From Candidatus Omnitrophota bacterium (GTDB taxonomy: Bacteria > Omnitrophota > Gorgyraeia > B26-G9), in NCBI GenBank assembly GCA_043805415.1, contig JAZDHZ010000037.1, positions 6,949 through 70,948 on the forward strand: a DNA stretch of 64,000 bases, in the 5' to 3' direction. The position numbers and the translations under genes are program-made. The notes beneath the pieces were generated by a model. That model saw only the letters and a program-made list of their open reading frames with translations, did not search any database and was not told the DNA's origin. Shown piece after piece: positions 8,723-19,013 of this stretch (positions are counted from its first letter, which is position 1; each line of letters begins with the position of its first letter).

Positions 8723-8764
8723 TCTAAACCCTAAACTCTAAATCCGCTAAACCCTATACCCTGC
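8723..8764 (-). promoter_or_regulatory. bipartite telomere-like repeat element upstream of hemB (shared with hemL upstream)
   Basis: In gene orientation it reads TATAGGGTTTAGC-N11-TTAGGGTTTAGAA, ending about 50 nt before the hemB ATG. Confidence 0.35.
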
Positions 8765-8766
8765 AT

Positions 8767-10473
8767 TTACCCCACCATAATTTTTTCCTGGGCAAATGTA
8801 TAATTTATTTTTGGTTTATACCCGGAAAAAGCCAACACAATTGTCAGCGGACCAAGCCGACCTAAAAACATCAGCAGGGTAATTAATATTTTTCCCGGAA
8901 CATGCAAAGACGCGGTAATCCCGGTAGACAAACCCACCGTACCAAAAGCAGAAACCACTTCAAATATAAGATCCCTAAATGCTAAGTTTTCAAATATAGA
9001 AATTAAATACATAAATATAAACACAAAACTAAAAGAAAGCACGAAAATCGCAACAGACTTTTGCGCGATACTTCTCGGGATCTCACGTTTAAACGAATCA
9101 ATATCATCTTTACTGTGCATGCTGCTGGTAAATGATTTAATAATCATCCAAAAAGTTGTGGTCTTTATGCCTCCTCCGGTTGAACCGGATGAGGCTCCGA
9201 TAAACATCAGGACAATCATCGTGAATATACTCGCATTGGCCATTTTGCCGATATCAACAGTGTTAAAACCCGCGGTTCGGGTTGAAACAGATTGAAAAAA
9301 ACTGACTAAAATTTTATGTTTAAAATTCATTCCGCTTAAGATCGGACTATTCGTTTCCGCGAAAAATATACAAATTGTTCCGGCAAGAATTAAAAAAGCA
9401 GTCATCGAAAGCACGATTTTGGTGTGAACTTTAAGCCCCAAGCTTTTTGGCCGATCTTTTTTCGCGTATTTACCCCAGACATCCTTGACTACGATAAAAC
9501 CTAAGCCGCCGAAAATAATCAGAAAAGCAATTGTAAGATTAATCACATCATCCTTAACATAATACATCAGACTATCGCTAAACAGAGAAAACCCGGCATT
9601 GCAAAAAGCCGAGATAGAGTGAAATAGTGATATATACAACCTTTGCCAAGGATTAGCAATATACGGTTCAAAGCCCACGTATAAAAAAATCGCTCCCAGC
9701 AATTCAACAAATATCGTCATTTTAGCAATAAACTTTACCAGACCCACGATGCCCGCAAGGCTGTCGTGATCTAAAACATCCCGCATCGTCATGGCTTCTT
9801 TATTCGACATTTGTTTACCAGCAAACATAAATAAAGTAACTGAAAACGTCATTATTCCCAAGGCGCCGACCTGAATCAAGGCTAAAATCACAAATTGGCC
9901 AAATCCTGAAAAAAACGTTCCGGTATCCCGCACAATAAGACCGGTAACACAAGTAGCTGATGTCGCTGTAAATAAAGCATCCACAAAATTCAAACTATGT
10001 CCGGTCTGTGTCGATATCGGCAGAGTGAGAAGAAATGTTCCGATAAGAATCGTCATCATAAAACTAGCGATTAACAACTGCGCTGGCTTTAGACCTAATA
10101 AACTGATTAATTTCTGAGACACCTTGTTTCTTGAACAAAATCTAAACAAAACAATTGTCTGCCTGATAACCAGGAATATCCTTGCATTATGAATCCCTTT
10201 AAAAAAACTAAAACATGGGACAAAAACTAAAAGATCTATCCAGGATTTTTTCAAATACTCTATTTTTGATCCAGCGCTAATAAACCGAATTATAACTGAG
10301 CCCAGGAATATTAAAAGAACAATATTATCAATCCGATCAAGCATGGTAATTCCCATGCCTTTAATAATCGGCATCATCCCCCACTCAATAAGCAAAAGCA
10401 CAAAAGATGCAGCCCCAACAATTCCGGTTACTGCATCAAGCAGGTTATTGATTATGTTTGTTTGATTCTTCAT
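8767..10473 (-). CDS. TrkH/KtrB-family cation (K+) transporter with N-terminal extension
   Basis: Multiple TrkH-type pore loops 'SAFCNAGFSL', 'TAGFNT'. Polytopic membrane protein. Confidence 0.7.
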   Translation of the reverse strand: MKNQTNIINNLLDAVTGIVGAASFVLLLIEWGMMPIIKGMGITMLDRIDNIVLLIFLGSVIIRFISAGSKIEYLKKSWIDLLVFVPCFSFFKGIHNARIFLVIRQTIVLFRFCSRNKVSQKLISLLGLKPAQLLIASFMMTILIGTFLLTLPISTQTGHSLNFVDALFTATSATCVTGLIVRDTGTFFSGFGQFVILALIQVGALGIMTFSVTLFMFAGKQMSNKEAMTMRDVLDHDSLAGIVGLVKFIAKMTIFVELLGAIFLYVGFEPYIANPWQRLYISLFHSISAFCNAGFSLFSDSLMYYVKDDVINLTIAFLIIFGGLGFIVVKDVWGKYAKKDRPKSLGLKVHTKIVLSMTAFLILAGTICIFFAETNSPILSGMNFKHKILVSFFQSVSTRTAGFNTVDIGKMANASIFTMIVLMFIGASSGSTGGGIKTTTFWMIIKSFTSSMHSKDDIDSFKREIPRSIAQKSVAIFVLSFSFVFIFMYLISIFENLAFRDLIFEVVSAFGTVGLSTGITASLHVPGKILITLLMFLGRLGPLTIVLAFSGYKPKINYTFAQEKIMVG

Positions 10474-10481
10474 TTTGCCCC

Positions 10482-10787
10482 TTACTTTAGCGTATAAGCA
10501 ATATGGAATAGAATCCCCACCAAAGATTTTTGCAAAAATACAATAATAAAAAAAGCAATAATCGGCGATAAATCCACATGGATTTGCATTGTTAAAGGTA
10601 AAAAAGCCCTTTGAAGCGGCTCAAGAATCGGATCAGTCATCTGGCGCAAAAAAGCAACAATTTTATTATAAGGATCAGGATTAACCCAGCTGATCAATAC
10701 CCTAGCCAAAAGAAGATAGTAGTATATCGTCAATCCTAGGCCTAAAACTGTGGCTAATCCTTCAATAATGTAAGCAATAATAAACAT
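10482..10787 (-). CDS. YggT-family membrane protein
   Basis: 'LLARVLISWVNPDPYN...PILEPLQR' is the YggT signature, about 100 aa. Confidence 0.65.
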   Translation of the reverse strand: MFIIAYIIEGLATVLGLGLTIYYYLLLARVLISWVNPDPYNKIVAFLRQMTDPILEPLQRAFLPLTMQIHVDLSPIIAFFIIVFLQKSLVGILFHIAYTLK

Positions 10788-10987
10788 AATGATCTTGTTT
10801 GTATATTATAGAATCCCGAATATCTATTCTATCCTCTGAAAAATAGAATAAAACAGTATTTTCAGTATAACTATAATTAGCGGAAAAATCAATGATTTTA
10901 TGCGACCAGAAGAGCTGGCGATTTTAATAAAAAAGCCCGCAACCTTTTTAAAGCTGCAGGCTTTTTAAACACACTGTATTTATTTAA

Positions 10988-13900
10988 TTAAATTGCCTTT
11001 TGTACGGTTTCAACAATATTTTTATCCGATTGGATATTTTGAACCGGCGCCTCCAAATCAATAACTGCTTCAGACAATGGAAGTTCTCGGGCAAGCATCA
11101 CGCTTCCTGTTAGATAAATTGGCATGTCTGGATTAGTTTCCAGAACACGGCGCTTTGCAATACCAATAAATTTACCGACATTATTTTCGGAAAGTATTTC
11201 AAAAGGGTTAATCGCGTAAATACCCATCTCCACAAACTTAGGCATAAATGTCTCTGAGTCTTTTTCAGTTACAGCTATTACGGATTCAGTCATACCCAGC
11301 GTATCAAATATCACAAAATCAGCATGTTTTGCTATTCTGCCTGCGAGTAGTGCTGCTTCAGGCGTTTGGATTGATGCGCCTATTTTTACTCTTGCAGGAT
11401 CAATTCCCTCTTCCATAAGCCATTTTACGATCAGATCCTTTGCCAGCTTAAATTCCTGATCATTGATAATTAAAGGAATGATAATCTGCGGAGTATATGC
11501 TCTTCTTTCTTTAAGCACATTGCTCAGGGCCTTTATCTGCGCTCTAAAAATCGCAGAGCCATTGGTAAGTAAAGCTCTTACTCCTCTATTACCCAGCGAT
11601 GGATTGAATTCCATAAAACTCTTGATCTTTTCTTTCATTTGCCCAATAACGCGCTCTTTTTGATCACTCTTTTCTTGAAAATCATCAATGGCTTCGATAT
11701 CAGAATGCATTTGATAGTATAATGCAGTTATTGCTTCTGCTTCCTGTTGTGCAGCTTTAAAACTGCCGTTAGATACCGGTTCGATTGGTTTCCTAAACTT
11801 AAACAAACTCCCAAGATCCTGTGAATAGATCCTCAAAAAAGCTGAAGTATTATTTTCTAGAATATCTTTTATTTCATCCTGGATCAAATTAGAAAGTTTA
11901 TTCTCAATTTCTGCTAAAGATTCTTGTTGTTTTTTTGCTGTTACTTGGTCTGAGGAACCTTTGTCCGTTAAAAGTAATTGACGCATTAGTATCCTTTTAC
12001 GCTGATTATTAACCATCATTTTATCTGTAGATTCAACCTTTACCCGCTCAATGTCAAGCGATGCCGGTTCTAGTTTAGACAGGTCATACGGTTTAGCTAC
12101 GGGGTTGCCGGCACGTTTAGACATAATATGCGCGCGTGCTGATGAAAGCATGGCAACAGGTAGACGGAAAGGACTACATGAAGGATAATCAAGCCCTGCA
12201 GGTAAAATAGTAGCCTCTATTGATTCTGCGTCACCGCCCTGTTCTCCGCAAAGTCCGAACTTTAAGTTGGGGTTTACTGATTTAGCTAAAGCATTTGCGA
12301 TTGCCAGCATTTCCCCGACTCCATCGGCATCAACAGTACTAAACGGATCGCGTGCCAATATCATTTTATCTTCGCCCATATAGGCAGGGATAACTACATT
12401 GCCTGCATCATCCCGGCTGAACCAGAAAGTAAATTGATGAAGATCATTGGTTCCTGCGCTAAAAAAATCCAGTTTATCAGCAATACGCAATGCATCAATA
12501 ACAGCAGAAGGAACCTCGATCATTGTCCCGATCTTAAAATTCTTATAACGCTCCAAACCGTATTCTTTTGCCAACTCCATGATCCGGTCAACAAAGAAAT
12601 CCGCTTCTTCTGCTACGCCAACCAGAGGAATCATGATCTCAACCGGGCTCATCTTTACGCCGTTTTTCACAGCTTCATTATAAGCACCGAACATGGCCCT
12701 GATCTGCAGATCAAGAAATTCCGGATAAAGGATCAATAAACGGTCACCGCGCAATCCAGCCATTGGATTAGTTTCCTCAAGCTCATGAATCCGGGCTATA
12801 ATCTGTTCTTTTGTCATTCCTAGATTAGGATTTGCAGCCAATTTTTCAATCAAAGGCATGCCCTTATCTGCATCATCGGAATCAGGATTAGGTAAAAATT
12901 CATGCAATGGCGGATCAATCAATCTTATCTTTGCCGGCCTGCCGTCACAAATCTCAAAGATTTCAAGAAAATCACTGCGTTGATGCGGCTCAAGCGCTGC
13001 GATATTTTCAATCTTTCCGCCAATAATCGCATTACGGATATCCATCAGCCGTGACTTTTCAAAAAACATATGCTCTGTGCGCGCAAGCCCGATACCGTCA
13101 GCGCCAAACCATTTAAAGGCAACTTCAAGATCTTGCGGAGTCTCAGCATTAGTACGTACATGTCCCCGAAATTCATTGACCCAGCTAAAAAATGTTTCAA
13201 AATCATCAAACAATGCCTGTTCGTCAGCAGTCAGAGTTTCGCCTTGTTTACCGCGTTTGACTACCGAATCCCTTGTCGCGACTTTGCCGATAATAATTTC
13301 ACCTGTATATCCATCTATTGAGATATAATCTCCTTCAAAAATTTCAATTTCTCCATCTTCAATATATGCGCGTTTACGGGTAAGATCTATCTGCAGCTTT
13401 CCCGCGCCGACAACTGCGGTTTTTCCCATTCCGCGAGCAACTACTGCCGCATGAGAAGTCTTACCACCCTTTGAAGTTAAAATGCCTTTGGCTGCCTCCA
13501 TTCCGGCAATATCATCCGGCACAGTTTCCGGACGCACAAGGATTACCACTTCTCCCCGTTTCGCCCATTCCGTAGCATCTTTAGCAGAAAAAACTACTTT
13601 ACCAACAGCTGCCCCAGGAGACGCATTCAATCCTTTGCCAACAATGAGCGATTTTTTCTTTGCCTGTTCTTTTGCTTCCGGATCAAATGTCGGATGTAAA
13701 AACTCCTCCAGCTGTTCCGGTTTTAAACGCATTATTGCTTCTTCTTTATTAATCTTTCCTTCATCAACTAATGCCATAAGTATTTTTAAAGCGGAAAATG
13801 CCGTACGCTTACCATCACGTGTCTGCAGTAAATACAGCACTCCGTCTTGTACCGTAAATTCAATATCCTGCATATCATTATAATGATCTTCAAGTGCCTG

Positions 13901-15166
13901 CTGAATTGCATCAAGCTGCCTATATGCTTCAGGCATTGCCTCTTCAAGACTTATGATCTGATCTTCTTTGCCGATAAATTCCGGGTGTTCCTTAATAAAC
14001 TGCGCTTTATTTGCCTTATTAAGAGGCATGGGAGTACGGATACCTGCTACAACGTCTTCACCCTGCGCATTAATAAGGTATTCCCCATAAAATACTTTTT
14101 CTCCTGTCGCCGGATCGCGCGTAAACGCAACACCTGTAGCTGAATTATCATTCAAATTACCAAATACCATGGCCTGCACATTAACCGCGGACAAGGTATC
14201 ATCAGGTATTCTGTTAATACGCCGATAATCAACAACGCGCTGGGTAAAGCTTGATTCATATACAGCCTCATACGCCTTAAAAAGCTGCTCCATGGGATCC
14301 TGAGGAAAATCAGAGCCTGTTTCTTTGCGCACATAGATTTTAAACTTTTTAACTATATCTTTAAGATCTTCAACTGTTAATTCGTTATCCGCCTTAACAT
14401 TGCGTTCTTTGCGCTTTTGCTCAAGAACTTCTTCAAAGTACTCAGTTTTAATACTCATAACAACATTAGTAAACATCTGTATTAAGCGGCGATAGCTGTC
14501 CCAGGCAAAGCGTTCGTTACCAAATTCATTCGCAAGCGCTTCAACCGTCTGATCATTTAATCCGATGTTTAATACAGTATCCATCATCCCCGGCATTGAG
14601 AGACGTGCTCCGGAGCGACAACTTAACAATAATGGTTTGTCTGTTGAGCCGAATTTTCGTCCGGTTACTTGTTCAAGCTGAGTGAGATTTCTTTTTATCT
14701 CTGCTACATGAAAATTGTTAAGTTTATTTCCGTTGTCAAAAAACACCTGCGCTTCTTCAGTAGTTCCGGTAAATCCCTGAGGAACAACAATCGGGCGGAT
14801 CTGACCATCAAGCTCATAGCTAAGAGAACTCATCTCAGCAAGATTAGCCCCTTTTCCGCCGAGCAGTTTCTTCATATCTTTATTACCCTCAGTTAAGAGC
14901 GTTCCATCCTGCGCGCGGCCAAAAAACCATACTGGTGCTTTTGGTAAGTTGTCAAAAATTTTTTTCTCCATGGTTAAACGCATCTGCGGGGTATCTATGC
15001 TTACAATTGGCGACAGCATTTCTTGCTCAGAATATGCGCTTGATTTGCCTACATTAAAAGCAAATAAAACATTCGAAAATAGGAATGCTTGAATTACTAC
15101 GATTGAAACAATTTTAACAAAACGGCCAGACTTAAACATTGAATCCATTGCTTGTTCTCCTTTCAA
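10988..15166 (-). CDS. pyruvate phosphate dikinase-like enzyme, 1392 aa, with N-terminal TM anchor and extra C-terminal PEP-utilising domain
   Basis: ATP-grasp 'LGGKGANLAEM', phosphohistidine 'GGKTSHAAVVARGMGKTAVVGA', TIM-barrel 'GIGLARTEHMF' and 'SCSPFRLPVA' (PPDK C-terminus). About 380 extra residues follow, containing a second 'NPSLGNRGVR' PEP-utiliser start. Confidence 0.8.
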   Translation of the reverse strand: MKGEQAMDSMFKSGRFVKIVSIVVIQAFLFSNVLFAFNVGKSSAYSEQEMLSPIVSIDTPQMRLTMEKKIFDNLPKAPVWFFGRAQDGTLLTEGNKDMKKLLGGKGANLAEMSSLSYELDGQIRPIVVPQGFTGTTEEAQVFFDNGNKLNNFHVAEIKRNLTQLEQVTGRKFGSTDKPLLLSCRSGARLSMPGMMDTVLNIGLNDQTVEALANEFGNERFAWDSYRRLIQMFTNVVMSIKTEYFEEVLEQKRKERNVKADNELTVEDLKDIVKKFKIYVRKETGSDFPQDPMEQLFKAYEAVYESSFTQRVVDYRRINRIPDDTLSAVNVQAMVFGNLNDNSATGVAFTRDPATGEKVFYGEYLINAQGEDVVAGIRTPMPLNKANKAQFIKEHPEFIGKEDQIISLEEAMPEAYRQLDAIQQALEDHYNDMQDIEFTVQDGVLYLLQTRDGKRTAFSALKILMALVDEGKINKEEAIMRLKPEQLEEFLHPTFDPEAKEQAKKKSLIVGKGLNASPGAAVGKVVFSAKDATEWAKRGEVVILVRPETVPDDIAGMEAAKGILTSKGGKTSHAAVVARGMGKTAVVGAGKLQIDLTRKRAYIEDGEIEIFEGDYISIDGYTGEIIIGKVATRDSVVKRGKQGETLTADEQALFDDFETFFSWVNEFRGHVRTNAETPQDLEVAFKWFGADGIGLARTEHMFFEKSRLMDIRNAIIGGKIENIAALEPHQRSDFLEIFEICDGRPAKIRLIDPPLHEFLPNPDSDDADKGMPLIEKLAANPNLGMTKEQIIARIHELEETNPMAGLRGDRLLILYPEFLDLQIRAMFGAYNEAVKNGVKMSPVEIMIPLVGVAEEADFFVDRIMELAKEYGLERYKNFKIGTMIEVPSAVIDALRIADKLDFFSAGTNDLHQFTFWFSRDDAGNVVIPAYMGEDKMILARDPFSTVDADGVGEMLAIANALAKSVNPNLKFGLCGEQGGDAESIEATILPAGLDYPSCSPFRLPVAMLSSARAHIMSKRAGNPVAKPYDLSKLEPASLDIERVKVESTDKMMVNNQRKRILMRQLLLTDKGSSDQVTAKKQQESLAEIENKLSNLIQDEIKDILENNTSAFLRIYSQDLGSLFKFRKPIEPVSNGSFKAAQQEAEAITALYYQMHSDIEAIDDFQEKSDQKERVIGQMKEKIKSFMEFNPSLGNRGVRALLTNGSAIFRAQIKALSNVLKERRAYTPQIIIPLIINDQEFKLAKDLIVKWLMEEGIDPARVKIGASIQTPEAALLAGRIAKHADFVIFDTLGMTESVIAVTEKDSETFMPKFVEMGIYAINPFEILSENNVGKFIGIAKRRVLETNPDMPIYLTGSVMLARELPLSEAVIDLEAPVQNIQSDKNIVETVQKAI

Positions 15167-15279
15167 TTAAGAGAAAGTATCGTTTAAAATTCATTTCACA
15201 AAGCAGACTTCTTAAAAGAATTTATAAAATCCCTTTAGGAAGTTATGAAAAATCTTTAAAGTATACCATCTAAAAAAAG

Positions 15280-15320
15280 ATTGCGCAATAGCTGTGGAAA
15301 ATTTTTACTGATTGCGCAAG
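15280..15320 (-). promoter_or_regulatory. pair of palindromic ATTGCGCAAT boxes upstream of the dikinase gene
   Basis: Perfect 10-bp palindrome 'attgcgcaat' (15280-15289) and a 9/10 copy 'attgcgcaag' (15311-15320), 31 bp centre to centre. They lie about 115-155 bp upstream of the start. Confidence 0.3.
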
Positions 15321-15474
15321 ACATTTATTTCCAAGATGTTGCATTATTAGAATAGCTCATGTTTTTAGGCTTAAAAATTTCTTGGAGAAATATAAGCGAT
15401 AAAATGAGGATAAAGATCAGCGCTGGAAAATAGCGGGACTTTTTAAAAGAATTCTTTTCAGATCAAGCTGAACT

Positions 15475-17169
15475 TTAGGAAAGATGCAGATCTTTTAGCT
15501 TTAATTGGATGGTATGAATCCCCTGCCAATCATTGATTGCCGGAGAGTAAACAATGGAAAATCCATTCTTTATATCTGCTGTATCAATATCGGAAAAATT
15601 ACTGGCTAATGCTTCACAGGTAACGTCTCCATCCGTAATCCACATTTTAAATCCATATGCTCGCAGCGGTTTTGGACTGCCCTTTAACTGCACATTAACT
15701 GAAGAAAATACCGGACGGGTATTGCCCATGCCAAAAGGAGCGCATTTTTCGATTTCATTAATCAATTCTTCTGATAAGCAGCTTAATGCTATCTGCATGT
15801 CTACCTCAATCATCGGCATCATATCTTCCGCGGAAAGACTCAAACTCGCCATCTGATTAAAAAATTGTTTAAAGCTTGTGAGATTACTTTTTAAGATACT
15901 AAGACCCGCGGCTTTTTCATGACCGCCGAAACCTTCAAGCAAATGCTCACATTTGGCAATAGTATCAAAAAGATGAAAGTTGCGAATTGATCGCCCCGAT
16001 CCCTTCCCCATCTCATCTTTAGTGGAAATCAAAATTGTCGGCCGATAAAAACGCTCGGTAATCCGCGAAGCAACAATCCCAATAACTCCCGGATGCCAAA
16101 GATCACTATGCAAAACAACAGACTTATCATTTTTAAAATTTATTTCTTTTTCAATCATTGCCAGAGCTTGACGCAAAGTCTTAGCTTCCTCTTTTTGCCT
16201 TTGCTTATTCTCATCATCTAAAGCTTGAGCTAAAACCATTGCCTCATTACTATCATTCGATAATAAAAGCTGCAGAGCTTTTTCTGCTGAGCCCATGCGG
16301 CCGGTGGCGTTTATTCTGGGACCGAGCATAAACCCAACATGATAAGCTTCCAGTTTTTTATTGGCAATGCCCGCTATTTGTTTAAGCGCCTGCAAACCTA
16401 TTTTATTAGTTCGCGAAAGTCTGTCCAGCCCATGCTTAACCAGAATTCTATTTTCACCGGTAAGCAAAGCAACATCGCAAATCGTTCCTAATGCCACTAA
16501 ATCTAAATTTTCTGAGATATCCTGATTTTCACCAACTAAGGCAGAGGCAAGTTTATAGGTAATGCCCACTCCGGCCAAATTCTTATACGGATATTTACAT
16601 CCTGGCTGCAAAGGATTAATCACCGCTAAAGCTTTAGGAACTTTTTGCCCAATAGGCTGGTGATGATCAGTAATCACGACATCCAAACCAATTGAATTCA
16701 AATAATCCACTTGCTCAAAAGCACTGATCCCGCAATCAACAGTAATCAGTAAATCCGCGCCTTGTTCTTTGAGCAGAGAACATGCTTGTTTATTTAAGCC
16801 ATAGCCTTCATCTACTCTATGCGGGATATAACAAGATACATTAGCTTTTAATTGCTTAAGCGTATTAAACAGAACAGCGCAACTGGTTAAGCCATCAACA
16901 TCATAGTCACCATAAACAACAATATTTTTTTTAAGTTTAATCGCCTGCTGAATATGCTTAACTGCCGCAGACATGTCTTTTAATAAAAGAGGATCATGCG
17001 TGTCTTTTAAATCACAATTCAAATATGTTTTAGCATCCGCAGGATTATTAATCCCGCGATTAATAAGAATTTGGGCAAGAACTAAAGACACCCCTAATTG
17101 CTGGGCAAGGATTTGCTGATCATCCGAGTGAATTGATTTGGTTTTCCAGATTTTTTGCATAATTGTCAC
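15475..17169 (-). CDS. recJ: single-stranded-DNA-specific exonuclease RecJ
   Basis: DHH motifs 'VVYGDYDVDGLTS', 'DHH' and a DHHA1 region, about 564 aa. Confidence 0.85.
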   Translation of the reverse strand: MTIMQKIWKTKSIHSDDQQILAQQLGVSLVLAQILINRGINNPADAKTYLNCDLKDTHDPLLLKDMSAAVKHIQQAIKLKKNIVVYGDYDVDGLTSCAVLFNTLKQLKANVSCYIPHRVDEGYGLNKQACSLLKEQGADLLITVDCGISAFEQVDYLNSIGLDVVITDHHQPIGQKVPKALAVINPLQPGCKYPYKNLAGVGITYKLASALVGENQDISENLDLVALGTICDVALLTGENRILVKHGLDRLSRTNKIGLQALKQIAGIANKKLEAYHVGFMLGPRINATGRMGSAEKALQLLLSNDSNEAMVLAQALDDENKQRQKEEAKTLRQALAMIEKEINFKNDKSVVLHSDLWHPGVIGIVASRITERFYRPTILISTKDEMGKGSGRSIRNFHLFDTIAKCEHLLEGFGGHEKAAGLSILKSNLTSFKQFFNQMASLSLSAEDMMPMIEVDMQIALSCLSEELINEIEKCAPFGMGNTRPVFSSVNVQLKGSPKPLRAYGFKMWITDGDVTCEALASNFSDIDTADIKNGFSIVYSPAINDWQGIHTIQLKLKDLHLS

Positions 17170-17200
17170 AGTTTTGTTAATTTTGTTATCTCAATATTCT

Positions 17201-17872
17201 TTATGCTGATTTTTGCGATTCTTGCTTAACAAATTTTTTCCTGTGAGCGATGGTAAATATTAGCAACAAAACCTGTACAATAAAAAGCGTTCCGGCAAAG
17301 AATACATCTTTTAAATTTAAACTCTTTTCTTTAAAAAAATAGTAGAAAAAGTAAAGCATGCACAGTAAGACGCCGGTTACAAGCACCCGAATAAGCTCTC
17401 CGTTAAAATGAGCTTGCGCTAAGCTAAAGTGAATCGGATCTTTTGATTTATACGGCTTTAATCTGGGGAAAAATGCGGGGACTGCCTGTTTATACTCAAC
17501 ATAATCGTTTCCAAATAATTGCCTAAGCAGAATTTCTTCTTTTTTCATTGTGCCTAAATAAAAAAACGAAAACAATATTATATATATCAAGCACAAGTAA
17601 ATATTATTAACAAAGAGACAAAACCCCAACCCCATCAGAAAATTACCCACATATAAAGGATTGCGGACAAAAGCATAAGGCCCGGAAGTAGTTAATTTTC
17701 TAATTTTCTTTATATACCCAGCTGCCCAGAACCGGACGAAAAGTCCGGCAATAATAACCCCAAGCCCAGGATTTACAACTATTCCGTATTTATAGACAAA
17801 CACAAGATACACTGCGGCAAACGGATAACTAGCCCACAAGCGCATTTTTTTAAACCGCAAATTTTTCATCAT
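17201..17872 (-). CDS. isoprenylcysteine carboxyl methyltransferase (ICMT/PEMT) family membrane protein
   Basis: 'LTTSGPYAFVRNPLYVGNFL' and 'EEILLRQLFGNDYVEYKQAVP' match the ICMT-family C-terminal motifs. Multi-TM. Confidence 0.55.
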   Translation of the reverse strand: MMKNLRFKKMRLWASYPFAAVYLVFVYKYGIVVNPGLGVIIAGLFVRFWAAGYIKKIRKLTTSGPYAFVRNPLYVGNFLMGLGFCLFVNNIYLCLIYIILFSFFYLGTMKKEEILLRQLFGNDYVEYKQAVPAFFPRLKPYKSKDPIHFSLAQAHFNGELIRVLVTGVLLCMLYFFYYFFKEKSLNLKDVFFAGTLFIVQVLLLIFTIAHRKKFVKQESQKSA

Positions 17873-17883
17873 AGTAAACCCCT

Positions 17884-18567
17884 CTAAAATTCATGACTTA
17901 TGCCGAAATTTAAAGCCCACTCATCAAAGAACCGAGCTTCGGCAGTAACCGTCAGATTTTTATTAATATTATAATTCCCGCCAATAAGCATTCCCCAGCT
18001 ATCTTCTGATTTTAAGCGCCGGCGCCAAGAATCAACTTTATATTTAAGCTGCGCTGAACTATATTGCGGGCCGCAATATATGGCGGCTTTCGCGTATTCT
18101 TTAATAAACAGCCATGTGCCCTGCCATTCATCCCAGATCACGTGATATTGCACATCATTAACTGTATCTTTATAAGGATGGCAGCTTATATGCTGAAAAC
18201 CAAAGATTGATTTAATATTATTCTTTTTGTTTTCATATGCAAGATAACGAAACCCGTATCCTCCGGCAAAACCTGTGGGAAAATCAAGTTTAACGCCGTC
18301 ATTGCGCTCAAAAGATATACTGCCAACACCAACTTTGCCATCTAAGAAAAATCGCTCGCTAAGACCATAGCTTGCCTGGATAAAGCATTGCCCGGTGCTG
18401 GCTTTGCCTTCAACTTTATTAAAATCACGCAGAAAAATATTATTCGACTGAACTGCCCAAATCGTTTTATTTAAGCCAGGGATAAAATCGCCTTCTGAGG
18501 GAATTGCGCCGGCATTCTGACAAAACAACAGCAGAATTATTAAAAAAATTATTATTGTCCGTTCCAT
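17884..18567 (-). CDS. putative outer-membrane beta-barrel protein (hypothetical)
   Basis: Signal peptide, alternating aromatic/hydrophilic strands, C-terminal 'ISHEF' ending in Phe. Confidence 0.4.
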   Translation of the reverse strand: MERTIIIFLIILLLFCQNAGAIPSEGDFIPGLNKTIWAVQSNNIFLRDFNKVEGKASTGQCFIQASYGLSERFFLDGKVGVGSISFERNDGVKLDFPTGFAGGYGFRYLAYENKKNNIKSIFGFQHISCHPYKDTVNDVQYHVIWDEWQGTWLFIKEYAKAAIYCGPQYSSAQLKYKVDSWRRRLKSEDSWGMLIGGNYNINKNLTVTAEARFFDEWALNFGISHEF

Positions 18568-18679
18568 GGAAAAATTTCCTTATCCTTTACTTAGATAAAT
18601 ATTTATCTTTTATTAAGGTTTATTAAATTTATATTATCTTTAAATAGCTAATTTGTCAAATCAGTAAAACCTGGGTTTA

Positions 18680-18985
18680 CTAGTGTTTAGTATCGTCAAA
18701 TACTTCAGCTTCTACATCAATAATATCTTTATCTGCCCGGCTGGATTGATTATTAACATTATAGCTATCCTCAGTTTTATTTGTTGAAGCATTCTTTATG
18801 CCAAATAATATATTCTTGCCGATCATCATCGCGCCTAGCAATAAAGCCACGAGAATTCCTCCGGCAATTAACCAGATAAAGAACCTGAAAAAAATAAGGC
18901 CAAAAAAGAAATTGAACAGCAAAAGAATGCCGATATAATAAGCTACCTTGCCTAAAAAAAATAAAGGATGAGCTGTTCTTTTCAT
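18680..18985 (-). CDS. small membrane protein (hypothetical)
   Basis: Two strongly hydrophobic helices and an acidic C-terminus. No homology recognised. Confidence 0.3.
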   Translation of the reverse strand: MKRTAHPLFFLGKVAYYIGILLLFNFFFGLIFFRFFIWLIAGGILVALLLGAMMIGKNILFGIKNASTNKTEDSYNVNNQSSRADKDIIDVEAEVFDDTKH

Positions 18986-19013
18986 TACTAAAAATTATTC
19001 TCCTGATTTAAAA

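Noticed and set aside
13482-13883. 133-aa + strand ORF inside the PPDK-like gene
   Set aside because: Antisense to the conserved phosphohistidine region of the dikinase. Spurious.
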